Source: a virus
Taxonomy: Duplodnaviria > Caudoviricetes
IMG/VR virus record: IMGVR_UViG_3300027969_000005
Span: 1 to 59,387 of that record
Direction: 5' to 3' (one strand)
Length of the DNA: 59,387 nt
This document shows, one piece after another, positions 24,296 to 32,990 of this stretch; positions within the stretch are counted from its first letter, which is position 1; every line of letters begins with the position of its first letter. The notes beneath the pieces were generated by a model that did not search any database, was not told the origin of the DNA, and was given only the letters and a program-made list of their open reading frames with translations. A program made the position numbers and the translations under genes.

Positions 24296-24520
24296 ACCGC
24301 CATCCGCACCGACGCCGCCTTCGTTACCGCCCTCGCCAACAAGAAGGGCTATCTGCCTTTCGGTCCTTTTTGTACGCTCGACGGATCCGACACCGCCGCT
24401 TGGCTGCGCGAGCGCGGCTTCGACGTCGTCCGCAACTATGACGCCAAGACCCACGGCGTCGCCATCACCGCCTGCGGCATCACCGTATCGACCAACGGCT
24501 ACGTTTCGCGCCTAGCCTAA
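24293..24520 (+). CDS. Hypothetical early protein
   Basis: GGAG SD; high-GC3 codon usage. Confidence 0.7.
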   Translation: MTAIRTDAAFVTALANKKGYLPFGPFCTLDGSDTAAWLRERGFDVVRNYDAKTHGVAITACGITVSTNGYVSRLA

Positions 24521-24546
24521 CCCCACCAGCCTCAAGGACCACGACC

Positions 24547-24810
24547 ATGACCGAGACTATCCACACCGCCTACTCCATCCATAGCCGCAACGGCTGGACC
24601 GTCTATCGCGCCGTGGCCATCGTGCAGCGCGACGGCGACGCCTTCCGCCACACGCGCCGTGTCGGCATAGGCGACAGCGCTCAAGAGGCGCAAGACGACG
24701 CCGTGGCCCACGTCATGACCACATACCGCGACGAGGGTCTGGATGCGCCTCACGCCATCATCCACCACGGCAAGCGCAAGGCCCTGTTGATCGACACCAA
24801 CCAGTTTTAG
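24547..24810 (+). CDS. Hypothetical early protein
   Basis: AAGGA SD; followed by a terminator. Confidence 0.7.
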   Translation: MTETIHTAYSIHSRNGWTVYRAVAIVQRDGDAFRHTRRVGIGDSAQEAQDDAVAHVMTTYRDEGLDAPHAIIHHGKRKALLIDTNQF

Positions 24811-24833
24811 CCCCACCGCCCACGATACCCCGT

Positions 24834-24866
24834 AAGCCCGCCAGTTTGACCGCTGGCGGGCTTTCT
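24834..24866. terminator. Terminator between convergent genes
   Basis: AAGCCCGCCAG-N8-CTGGCGGGCTT. Confidence 0.8.
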
Positions 24867-24872
24867 GCGTCA

Positions 24873-25481
24873 TCAGAAGGGTATGTCATCATCCAGCCCT
24901 GCGCGGCTGTCAGCGAGTTTCAGAAGCGGATCGTCGATCGACGCACGCACTGCGACCACCGTAGCGCCCGGAAACGACCGCTTCACAGACTGGATGAAAT
25001 GCCCGCCCTCGACCATCCGGGCGACCTCCTCCAGCGTCCACAGTTCGACGTCACGACCTCCAGCGTCGTAGGTTGCCGCCTCCGAGGCGCTACGGGCGAG
25101 CGCCAGCACCCTTCCGTTGGCCAAGGCTATCTCCCAGACCCCAGACGCCAAACGTGGCTGTGCGGCCTCCGTAGCGACCCGGTCAGCAGCCTGCCACGCC
25201 TTGACCATCCGCTGCGACTGCACACGCACCTCCTCCAGATCGCCATGATGGATCGCATGGTTCACCAAATACCGCTGCCGGTCGAACCGCTCCCGCAGCC
25301 CGACATCGACCAGCATCCGCAGGCGACCCGCACCCCACCTTCGCTCCATCTCGATCGCCACTGCGTCCATCTCATCCAGTGCCGCCTGCCCCGCGATGTA
25401 GGTGCCGGGCGACCGCTGCCAGCTTGGTGCCGCCGGTCTTTCCACCGCCTTGGGTGCTGGTTTCTCATACTGCCTCGCCAT
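24873..25481 (-). CDS. Conserved replication-region protein with an acidic DDIPF tail
   Basis: ERRWG.GRL..LV...RF..Q; ends LDDDIPF (SSB-like interaction tail). Confidence 0.75.
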   Translation of the reverse strand: MARQYEKPAPKAVERPAAPSWQRSPGTYIAGQAALDEMDAVAIEMERRWGAGRLRMLVDVGLRERFDRQRYLVNHAIHHGDLEEVRVQSQRMVKAWQAADRVATEAAQPRLASGVWEIALANGRVLALARSASEAATYDAGGRDVELWTLEEVARMVEGGHFIQSVKRSFPGATVVAVRASIDDPLLKLADSRAGLDDDIPF

Positions 25482-25530
25482 AGGGATTTCCTTATTTAAA
25501 GATTGGCTTTATTGATTATACCTATACAAC

Positions 25531-25839
25531 CTAAACGATCATACCAACTTGCTCAATGACCCACTCCAGCATGCCGGGGTGATAATCCTCCAGCAGCCTT
25601 GCCGATCGGTTGCGGGCGGCCACCCCATCCTTCACGCCGATCTGCCACATGCGCTTGGGCACCTTCTTGGCATCAAGGTAAAGCTGCGTCGAGATCCAGC
25701 CATGCTTGGACCAGTCCACGACATGCACTAGCAGCCACTTGCCCTTCTCGGCGATGATCACATCATTCGCCCTGCGCGACATCCTCACGCCCCCGACCAC
25801 ATAGGCCAGTTCGTCTGGGCCGATCCTTCTTCTGGCCAT
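25531..25839 (-). CDS. Hypothetical protein
   Basis: SD GAGGAG upstream. Confidence 0.55.
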   Translation of the reverse strand: MARRRIGPDELAYVVGGVRMSRRANDVIIAEKGKWLLVHVVDWSKHGWISTQLYLDAKKVPKRMWQIGVKDGVAARNRSARLLEDYHPGMLEWVIEQVGMIV

Positions 25840-26010
25840 TGTTCAATCTCCTCTCAGATCATACGCCCAGCAGGGCATTGGGCTAATTCTGTCATATGGG
25901 TCGAAGACCCATAGGGGGGCGAAGCGGAGTGTCGCGAGACCGCGCCAAGCGGGCGAAGCGTACCTCCGCGCAGACCCCCCCCTATTTCACTAATGTTCAT
26001 AGGGGGGGCC

Positions 26011-26185
26011 GACTTCCGCAAATGAACTTCCGCAAACCTCCGCAAACCTCCGCATTGATTTCATTGAGCTTTTAGACCGACTTCCGCAGACTTCCGCAGA
26101 CTTCCGCAAATGCCCATTTGTTGATTTCATTGAGCTTTTAGACCGACTTCCGCAAACCTCCGCAAACCTCCGCAAGACTTCCGCA
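26011..26185. repeat. Iteron array, putative replication origin
   Basis: 11 copies of YTCCGCA, mostly at 10-bp spacing, plus two copies of TTGATTTCATTGAGCTTTTAGACCGACTTCCGCA; directly after the primase-helicase. Confidence 0.8.
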
Positions 26186-26189
26186 ACCA

Positions 26190-28340
26190 TCATTCGGCCT
26201 CCTGAATGGGCTGCCAGCCGTTGTCCGCACGACCGATGACCCGCAGTCCGCGAGCCTTGGTATTCTTGTTGTGTGTGTCGAGCGCGATGACGTTGTTCAC
26301 CAGCCAAGCCTCGATCATGGTGGCCGCCATCTCTGGCGTGATGCCCCAGCCAATGATGTGCTGAACCGCATGGCGACCCTCGTGGCGGGTCTGTGGGGCG
26401 TTGGACCACGGCTTGTCTGAGTTCCAAGCTGAGGACATCGCGTCGAGGATTTTCTGGCAGATTTCTTTCGATGGCCATGCGTCGGCCTGCGGCGGTTCCT
26501 CACGGGTGATGTGGGCATAGAGCGACTGCGTACCCCGGACATCGCCCGTGTCCGTCAGCGCGAGCCTGAAGGGCACCTTCCAGCCATCTGCTGCTGCCTT
26601 GATCTTTTTGGCGGTGAGGTAACCGATTTCCTCGCCCTCCTCTCTGGTGACGGACAGGATGCTGTCGGCTGCGCCATCGAGGACGGATGATCCGCGCATG
26701 GTGCCGGTGGACTTGGCGACGTGGTGAACACCCAGCACCGCGCAGCCGAAGGTCTCGCGCACCTCGTCGCAGGCCTTGATGAACAGGGTGATCTCCTTGG
26801 CCGCATTCTCGTCCGCGCCGGGCAGGACGCGAGAGACCGTGTCCACCACGATCATGGCCGGTGGATCGCCTGCGCGGTTGGCCGTGGCCTCGATCGTGCG
26901 GAGCAGGCGGTTGATGTCGTCGCGCTGCATGAAATTGATTGACTGATGGACGAGGTAGAACGGCACGTCGTTGACGTTCTGGCCGGTGCCCTGCTCCCAC
27001 GCCATGATCCTGTGTTTCATGTCCGTGGTGCCCTCAGGGCTGATATAGATCACCGGCCCATGGCGCTTGATGTCGCGTTCGAACCACTGGTCCTGCTTGG
27101 ATGCGATGCTGAGGGCCATGCCGATGGCTATGAACGATTTACCTGAGCCCGGTGCGCCGGGGATGAAATTGAGGCTCTTCTCGATCAGCAGGCCAGAGAT
27201 CAGCCAGACCGGATCGGGCAGGCGCTTGATCTGGCCGATGTCCAGAGCCTCATAGGTGTCGGCTATCGGTGCAAACTCATCCGTGATCTCGCCGGTCTCA
27301 GGATCGTAAGCGGGTGCCGCGTCCGGTCGATAGGGCGCGGCGTCCTGCTTTGGGCTGGGTTGACTAGCTGCCTCCGCCACCTTCGTGTTCCACATGCCGA
27401 TAGCTATGGCCCACTTTTGCTGGAACAGGCTGATGCCCCTGCCCTCACGCTCAAGCAGGATATGGTTGGCTGTGCCGGGCTCTCGGATGCGCGATTTGAC
27501 GTTGCGCTCGTAAAGCTGCCAAGCGTCTCGCATGTGCTCTGGTTCGGTGGGGGCGATGGGGAAGCCCGCCGTCTCCCTGTAGAGGTCAAGGACGCGACCC
27601 CAGATCAACCGGGTCATATAGTCCTCACGACCATCGATGATGGCTCCAAAGGCGTCCGTGGCGGCCTCAGGCGTCGGTGTGGAGGTGACAGGCCCCTGTG
27701 GCTGCGTGTCAGCGCCGCTGGCGGCTGTCCTGCCATGCTGGGCTAGTAGGGCGTCCACAGCATTGCAAAGCCACATGGGGGCTTCCTCGGCATCCATGTC
27801 CCATGGTGCCAGACCGTCGAGCCACTGGTAGACGCCCAGCACGCCCTGAGACGGCGGCAGCATGGCAAAGCCTCCGAAGCCCCTGATGTCCACGCCGATA
27901 GGCGTCTTGCCTGTCGGAGGTGTCCACCAGTCTGGGGCTGCGAACACAAGTTGCAGGCCGCCGGACTGCGTGCGCTGCGTCCATGTCTCGATGGCCATGC
28001 CATTGTTGTGCAGAGCCAGCAGGCCCTGCCACCACTGGTTTGCTGCGTCCGTTTTTGACGTATCGAGGTCCAGCACCCAGTAGCGTTTGCCGTGCGCCTT
28101 CACGCCGGTGATCATGCCCATATTGATCCGCAGGCGATACTGGCCAGATGTGGCGTCGTACCACTGCGTGAACAGTTGATCGTCGATCAGATCGTTCTCG
28201 TGAATCCGCCATGGCACCGCTGGCCGCTTCCACTGATCCGATTCGCCCGGCGCGAGAGCCGGGACGACCTGAAAGCCTTTTGATCGGTACATATCCGCCC
28301 ACTGCTGGGGCGACGAAAATTCGGGATCGAAATCGGTCAT
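26190..28340 (-). CDS. Bifunctional primase-polymerase (Prim-Pol) fused to an AAA_25/RepA-type helicase
   Basis: N.GMITG...VLDLD...T.SGG...GVDIRG.GG....PPS; Walker A GAPGSGKS, IVVDT, VHH..K...RGSS. Confidence 0.9.
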   Translation of the reverse strand: MTDFDPEFSSPQQWADMYRSKGFQVVPALAPGESDQWKRPAVPWRIHENDLIDDQLFTQWYDATSGQYRLRINMGMITGVKAHGKRYWVLDLDTSKTDAANQWWQGLLALHNNGMAIETWTQRTQSGGLQLVFAAPDWWTPPTGKTPIGVDIRGFGGFAMLPPSQGVLGVYQWLDGLAPWDMDAEEAPMWLCNAVDALLAQHGRTAASGADTQPQGPVTSTPTPEAATDAFGAIIDGREDYMTRLIWGRVLDLYRETAGFPIAPTEPEHMRDAWQLYERNVKSRIREPGTANHILLEREGRGISLFQQKWAIAIGMWNTKVAEAASQPSPKQDAAPYRPDAAPAYDPETGEITDEFAPIADTYEALDIGQIKRLPDPVWLISGLLIEKSLNFIPGAPGSGKSFIAIGMALSIASKQDQWFERDIKRHGPVIYISPEGTTDMKHRIMAWEQGTGQNVNDVPFYLVHQSINFMQRDDINRLLRTIEATANRAGDPPAMIVVDTVSRVLPGADENAAKEITLFIKACDEVRETFGCAVLGVHHVAKSTGTMRGSSVLDGAADSILSVTREEGEEIGYLTAKKIKAAADGWKVPFRLALTDTGDVRGTQSLYAHITREEPPQADAWPSKEICQKILDAMSSAWNSDKPWSNAPQTRHEGRHAVQHIIGWGITPEMAATMIEAWLVNNVIALDTHNKNTKARGLRVIGRADNGWQPIQEAE

Positions 28341-28440
28341 GCGGCATCCATTGTGTTATTGTCCGCTGACGACCGCCACATATTGTGCTTGGCGCACAAT
28401 CAGGTTAGATTGTCTTCGGTCCTTTGAGTTGTCTGACTTT

Positions 28441-28478
28441 GGCCGGTGTTTCTGAGCGGAGGCACCGGCCTAATTTTT
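28441..28478. terminator. Stem-loop, probable terminator
   Basis: GGCCGGTG...CACCGGCC followed by a T-rich tract. Confidence 0.5.
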
Positions 28479-28480
28479 GA

Positions 28481-28843
28481 CTATGGATCAACCCCCAGCG
28501 CACGGTCAATCAATTCTCTGCCCCTCGGTGCGAGCAGATATCCAACCATTGTTGTGGTGATGATATCCGCCCCCAGCTTTTTCCGCATCCGGCTGACATA
28601 GACCTTTACGTCGTGGTTGGTCTGGGGGTCTTCGGTCCTCTGGTGAACACGGTTCGCATGCAGGAAGTCTGAGCGTCTGGGGCGACCATTGGCATGGTAC
28701 AGGTGCATGAGGATACCAGCCTCATTGGGCGTGATGCCATAGGCCATGCACAGCTTGGCGTGCGCCTCTGTGTGGGCGTAGCCGATCTGCAGTTCCAGAT
28801 CAGCGATCTTGGCCTTCAGCTCTTCGCATTGGGGACAGGTCAT
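28481..28843 (-). CDS. OmpR/PhoB (CtrA-like) winged-helix DNA-binding protein lacking a receiver domain
   Basis: ITPNE..IL..L...VKVYVSRMRKKL....I.T...GY.L; N-terminal CxxC and coiled coil. Confidence 0.75.
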   Translation of the reverse strand: MTCPQCEELKAKIADLELQIGYAHTEAHAKLCMAYGITPNEAGILMHLYHANGRPRRSDFLHANRVHQRTEDPQTNHDVKVYVSRMRKKLGADIITTTMVGYLLAPRGRELIDRALGVDP

Positions 28844-29316
28844 TTCAGGCCTGCCCCATAAATCGCGATCAGGGATGCGTCTGATCGACCGTCGTCTTTG
28901 ATGCGCTTAAACAGATCAGCCTGATCGGGCCAGATTTCCATAGCCCTCTGGCGCGATCCGTCTTTGCCGCCACGAACCTTGATAGCCATCTGCCAGACCT
29001 TCGGGGTGACGATGGTCGTGGGGATCCCACAGGCGGCCAGAGCGCCGATCACCACGCCTGTGCTGTAACCGAAGCTGAACACGCTGGTGACGCCTTGGCC
29101 GGGCATAGCACCCACGCGCTCAACGCAAGCGGAGGCGATCTGCTGCTCCTGCGACGACAGAATGTGCGCGACCATCGCCGGGCTGATTTCGCGTTTCTTT
29201 TTGCCAGACCGCATGACCTCAAGGGTTGGCATGTCGTGGACCTCGATCTGGTGCGAGGCGGTGTCGTAAAAGGCGATGGCCCCGGACAGGCCGGGATCGA
29301 TACCGATGACTATCAT
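28840..29316 (-). CDS. RuvC-like Holliday junction resolvase
   Basis: IGIDPG..GA, VERV.AMPGQGV.S.F.FG, P..W, DG.SDA.LIA. Confidence 0.88.
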   Translation of the reverse strand: MIVIGIDPGLSGAIAFYDTASHQIEVHDMPTLEVMRSGKKKREISPAMVAHILSSQEQQIASACVERVGAMPGQGVTSVFSFGYSTGVVIGALAACGIPTTIVTPKVWQMAIKVRGGKDGSRQRAMEIWPDQADLFKRIKDDGRSDASLIAIYGAGLK

Positions 29317-29452
29317 TTGGTTGTTTCCTAAATTTCTGTTTTGAACCAGACAAAATGAGGGATCTGCGCCGCCTGCCGATACGCCGCGATGACGTAGGCT
29401 GGCGGCGCGGCGGCAGGGCGCAGGACGGTAAGCTGCGCCGGGGTGAGGGAGA

Positions 29453-29776
29453 TCATTCTCCAGACTTGCGCTTGAGGGCCGCGTCGGCAAGGGCGCCCAT
29501 CGCAGGGTTTGCGGTGTGGTCGGCGATCAGTTCCTCGCCATCGGGGTCATTACCCCAGACGAGAAGCATCCAACCGACCTTGTTGCCGGTGGCGTCGAAA
29601 AACAGCATCTGGTCTTCGTCGGTCTCACCGATGTCGTCCCAGATCTCATAGAAGGTGGTGGATCGTGGCGACCACTCCTCGCCGTCATGGACGGCGATCG
29701 AGTAGCCTTCAGCCAGCGCGGCCTTGACCAGACGGCGGGCGACGCGCTGCTCACCCCTGTTAAGTTCTGCGTACAT
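29453..29776 (-). CDS. Hypothetical acidic early protein
   Basis: Leader GGAGCTACCGAAATG; V.DGEEW...GND..ELIADH. Confidence 0.7.
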   Translation of the reverse strand: MYAELNRGEQRVARRLVKAALAEGYSIAVHDGEEWSPRSTTFYEIWDDIGETDEDQMLFFDATGNKVGWMLLVWGNDPDGEELIADHTANPAMGALADAALKRKSGE

Positions 29777-29787
29777 TTCGGTAGCTC

Positions 29788-30156
29788 CTATGAAAACAAA
29801 AGCATCAGGCCGTAGAGCAAGCCACCACCTAGCGCCAAGGCGCAGAAGCCGATGCCCATGCCCATGAGCCCAAACATGAACCTGTCGAATAGGCTGTCGC
29901 CCCCGTAGCCCCCGCCCTTTATCGCGCCAATCAAAAACCCGCCGATCAGGAAGATCATGATAACCGCAACGGCGGCCTTGCTGGTGGGCTCAGGGTTTAA
30001 ACGATGCACGCAGTCTGCGTAGGCGATCTGGGCCTGTGTGTTGGCCGTCTGGGCGTTGAAGCCTTGGATGAGCACCCGACAGGACATGTCGTGCGCGCGC
30101 TCGGTTGCGGCGATTGCCGCGCTGTTCGCGGCGATGATAGCTACTGTAGCTGGCAT
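29788..30156 (-). CDS. Membrane protein with two transmembrane helices
   Basis: Two hydrophobic segments; GGAG SD; downstream of a promoter. Confidence 0.7.
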   Translation of the reverse strand: MPATVAIIAANSAAIAATERAHDMSCRVLIQGFNAQTANTQAQIAYADCVHRLNPEPTSKAAVAVIMIFLIGGFLIGAIKGGGYGGDSLFDRFMFGLMGMGIGFCALALGGGLLYGLMLLFS

Positions 30157-30207
30157 TATATTTTCTCCATAAAATAAAATAGGGACGGGGATGTCCCCGC
30201 CCCTCGA

Positions 30208-30236
30208 TACCTATATCGGGCAAATCGCCCTGTCAA
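30208..30236 (-). promoter_or_regulatory. Promoter/operator
   Basis: TTGACA followed by GGGCGATTTGCCC on the minus strand. Confidence 0.6.
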
Positions 30237-30244
30237 CCGCCTAT

Positions 30245-30814
30245 TTACCGATGACCAACCGCATGTCGAAATTTCCGCTTCGGCGGCGGGCTGGCAATGG
30301 TGCCCATCTTGCGGTGGAACCGGCAATAGGATGACCCGTCGTCCTTAGTCTCGCCGCACATCTTCATGCTGTCGCCCTCGCCGGGCTGTAGCGTCTCCAC
30401 AGGCCACCGGCACCCGCCAGAGCGCAAGAGTGCCAAGGGTGCCGACCAAGCCCCTGTGGGCGGCTCTGGCGGCGTTTCTGTGGCTTTTTGAGGGACTATG
30501 GCCATGCGGGGCTTCTCAGGCTCTGGGGGTTTGGGTGGGGCCGCAAGCTTAAAAGGGACACGCTTCCACGGGTTGGCGAAATTGTGCCGAACGCCACGGT
30601 TATTGATCCTTTTAAACGTGATCGTGGATTCTGGCAATTCAGGCGCGACGCCCTTGGTCCTGAGGCGGCTCAATTTGCCTATCACCGCGTTTCGGGTCAC
30701 GCCGTAGCCAAGTTCCTTCGCGATCTGGGAGGCTGTTTTGCCCGCAACGTACATATCGACAAGGCGCGTGATGGCATCCTCTGTCCAGTCAAAGCAGTCT
30801 TCTCTTTTGGTCAT
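30245..30814 (-). CDS. gcrA: GcrA-like cell-cycle transcriptional regulator
   Basis: WT......L......G.TASQIA..LG.GVTRNAVIGKL.RL and C-terminal CRWP...CG......YC..H. Confidence 0.88.
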   Translation of the reverse strand: MTKREDCFDWTEDAITRLVDMYVAGKTASQIAKELGYGVTRNAVIGKLSRLRTKGVAPELPESTITFKRINNRGVRHNFANPWKRVPFKLAAPPKPPEPEKPRMAIVPQKATETPPEPPTGAWSAPLALLRSGGCRWPVETLQPGEGDSMKMCGETKDDGSSYCRFHRKMGTIASPPPKRKFRHAVGHR

Positions 30815-31164
30815 TGAGTGGACCCTTCCATATGAAAGAATTGTATAGGAAATTGCGATAGTGCTGCGGCCCGACACCGATCGATCAGGGTGTCCTCCGG
30901 TTCACAGCAGGCATCGCAAATGAAGCCGATCAGGTGGGTCCGATCGGTGTAGCCATCCTTGATCGAGTAGGTGATCGAGATGGCGGCGGCATCGAGGGCG
31001 ACGTCGGGCAGGACGTCGGAGCAGACGGCGCAAATACCGCCGGGCCGCGATCTGGCCAGATTGTCGCCAATCTCTCGCATGAGGGCGGTGATGACCGGAT
31101 CGTCACCACCGAAGGACATATAGAGGGCGGCCTGCTCTGGCCGCACCACAAGGCAGTTGATCAT
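30811..31164 (-). CDS. Zinc-finger hypothetical protein
   Basis: CAVC...CDAC. Confidence 0.65.
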   Translation of the reverse strand: MINCLVVRPEQAALYMSFGGDDPVITALMREIGDNLARSRPGGICAVCSDVLPDVALDAAAISITYSIKDGYTDRTHLIGFICDACCEPEDTLIDRCRAAALSQFPIQFFHMEGSTQ

Positions 31165-31385
31165 TTGGCGTCATCCTCAGAAAGCGTTGGATGTCCCCAG
31201 CCTACCTGAAGGTGGCCGTGGTCTGGCCTGTAGTGCATGCAGCCCTCGCTCCGATCAGCCACGGATATCGGCAGGCCTGCAGCCATCGCCCGGCTTTCGG
31301 CATTGAGGGTCAGGCGCATGTCGCAGAACGTATTGAGGCACTTCAGCGGCGGCTTGCAGAAGGTCATGTCGCGATAGACGATCAT
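31161..31385 (-). CDS. Small Cys-rich protein
   Basis: YRDMTFC....C.N..C..R pattern. Confidence 0.65.
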   Translation of the reverse strand: MIVYRDMTFCKPPLKCLNTFCDMRLTLNAESRAMAAGLPISVADRSEGCMHYRPDHGHLQVGWGHPTLSEDDAK

Positions 31386-31753
31386 GCGGCACCCCCTTTG
31401 CGGGCGAGGGTCCAGATTCTAAGGTCTAGGGGGTAAACCGCAGCCGCCAAGTCTTTCGCCCCCGAAACGCGGGCCATCAAGCAGCCCTCGGCGGCCTCAG
31501 AGATTGCCGCGATTTCCCATTCGTACTTGTCAATTTCGGACAAAAACACGTCCCCCACCTCCTGAACCGGCGCGGGCGGGTCGCAAAATTCGAGGATGGT
31601 GTCGTTGTGGATGGTTATGAGGGGCCAATCGCCGTCTTCGTCCCTGTCGCTTTCAATTTGAATTTGTACGCAGTCGGAAAAAATACTTCCAATCTTGGCC
31701 CGCAACGTTACCCACTTTTCGATATCCGCGTATTCTAGTTCCTTGGCTTTCAT
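31382..31753 (-). CDS. Hypothetical protein
   Basis: ATGA coupling; SD AGGAG. Confidence 0.6.
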   Translation of the reverse strand: MKAKELEYADIEKWVTLRAKIGSIFSDCVQIQIESDRDEDGDWPLITIHNDTILEFCDPPAPVQEVGDVFLSEIDKYEWEIAAISEAAEGCLMARVSGAKDLAAAVYPLDLRIWTLARKGGAA

Positions 31754-32049
31754 GATCGGTCTCCTTTGGCTTTGGCGATGGCGGCGAGCAACAGCGCAAC
31801 AGCTTTTTCCTGCTTGTCTGGGCAGTATTGCAGGATGTGCGCCGCCCCTTGACATGCCTCCAGCAGATCGGGCGCAGCGGCGATCAGGCGGGCGTTGGCC
31901 CTGTCTTCAGCATCGGACCGACCAAGGTACGATTGGCCTATGATCTCAGAATCACAGGTACAGATGTAAACGTCGATAAAATCTTCATTTTGGTTTTCGA
32001 CCCATGTGCCGACAGCATTCCAAGGGCCGGGGGTGTGTTTGGTGGTCAT
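31750..32049 (-). CDS. Conserved phage early protein (HTPGPW...ANARLIAAAPDLL family)
   Basis: Both signature motifs present. Confidence 0.8.
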   Translation of the reverse strand: MTTKHTPGPWNAVGTWVENQNEDFIDVYICTCDSEIIGQSYLGRSDAEDRANARLIAAAPDLLEACQGAAHILQYCPDKQEKAVALLLAAIAKAKGDRS

Positions 32050-32267
32050 AACCAAACCTTTCTCTCGATGATGCGGCCACGCGGGCCGAGGTGGACGAAT
32101 GTCTTTAGGCCATCGCGATCAACATAGACGGTCGCGGCCTTGTCGAAGGTCTTGACCTGTACAACGTCACGCTGGGGCACCACGCTCACGACCAGCTTTC
32201 GCATGGTCGATCGCTGGCTGATGTTGAGCTTGCCGATCTCGGCGGCGATGTGTTCTCGGTCCATCAT
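32046..32267 (-). CDS. Hypothetical protein
   Basis: TAATG coupling. Confidence 0.6.
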   Translation of the reverse strand: MMDREHIAAEIGKLNISQRSTMRKLVVSVVPQRDVVQVKTFDKAATVYVDRDGLKTFVHLGPRGRIIERKVWL

Positions 32268-32503
32268 TACTCTCCGAAGACCAGAGGTTTGCACGACTTC
32301 AGGACGACCCAGTTTCGGTTGACAAGGAACGCATAGCACCAGCCGCGACCCTCAACCCACTTGTAGGCATTGGTGACCACGTTGCCCCAGTGAACGTCCA
32401 AGGCAACGTGTATCAGGTCACCGGAAATGCGAGCGACATGCGAGGGGCGGGGAAGGCTGATGACTTTGGTGCCGACAGCGGGCACTTCGTAGGCGATGGT
32501 CAT
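32267..32503 (-). CDS. Hypothetical early protein
   Basis: Leader CAATCCTATCTGGAGCTACCCAATG. Confidence 0.7.
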   Translation of the reverse strand: MTIAYEVPAVGTKVISLPRPSHVARISGDLIHVALDVHWGNVVTNAYKWVEGRGWCYAFLVNRNWVVLKSCKPLVFGE

Positions 32504-32539
32504 TGGGTAGCTCCAGATAGGATTGAATAGGGTAGGGGT

Positions 32540-32568
32540 AGAGTAGGGGGTAATTTACCCCCTGTCAA
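32540..32568 (-). promoter_or_regulatory. Sigma70-like promoter with a palindromic spacer
   Basis: TTGACA-GGGGGTAAATTACCCCC (17 bp)-TACTCT. Confidence 0.75.
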
Positions 32569-32843
32569 CCGGGATTGTAGGCGTTCAGTTCGAACACCAT
32601 GCGCTCCCACGTCTCATCGACGGGGCCGCCTGCGTCAGCGACTGCGGCGGTATAGTCCTCGAAAGCGATGCGGTCGTCGGCCTCGCGCCGGGCGATCTCG
32701 GCGCGGACAGCGTCGGCCTCCGCATGCTTGCCTGCCGCGAGGAACAGGAACCCGCCGCGAGCGTCGGTGTCGAACTCGGCGTTGAGGCGGTTAAGGGCTG
32801 CAGCGAGGTGCAGATCGGAGAAGATAGAATAGTCGATAGCCAT
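32565..32843 (-). CDS. Hypothetical early protein
   Basis: SD AGGAGG before ATG 32843. Confidence 0.7.
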   Translation of the reverse strand: MAIDYSIFSDLHLAAALNRLNAEFDTDARGGFLFLAAGKHAEADAVRAEIARREADDRIAFEDYTAAVADAGGPVDETWERMVFELNAYNPG

Positions 32844-32873
32844 GTCGGCCTCCTGATGTGATAAGGTGTCCTC

Positions 32874-32945
32874 ATCCTGAACCGGCACTAACCGCCTGTC
32901 AACCGAATAAATCGTGTTGACAGCGGATTTAATGCCCCCTACTGA
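32874..32945. promoter_or_regulatory. Back-to-back divergent sigma70-like promoters
   Basis: TGTCAA 32897-32902 (minus strand, -10 CAGGAT) and TTGACA 32917-32922 (plus strand, -10 TACTGA), each with a 17-bp spacer, at the strand switch. Confidence 0.7.
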
Positions 32946-32990
32946 TGGGCCTCGATCTTATCTCATCCCTCATCCAATCGGAGCCGACCA

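Noticed and set aside
26011-26185. CRISPR array, or the repetitive ORFs 25990..26478 and 25854..26045
   Set aside because: The units are 10-bp tandem repeats without unique spacers, and the RRFAEVCG peptides are just translations of the iterons.
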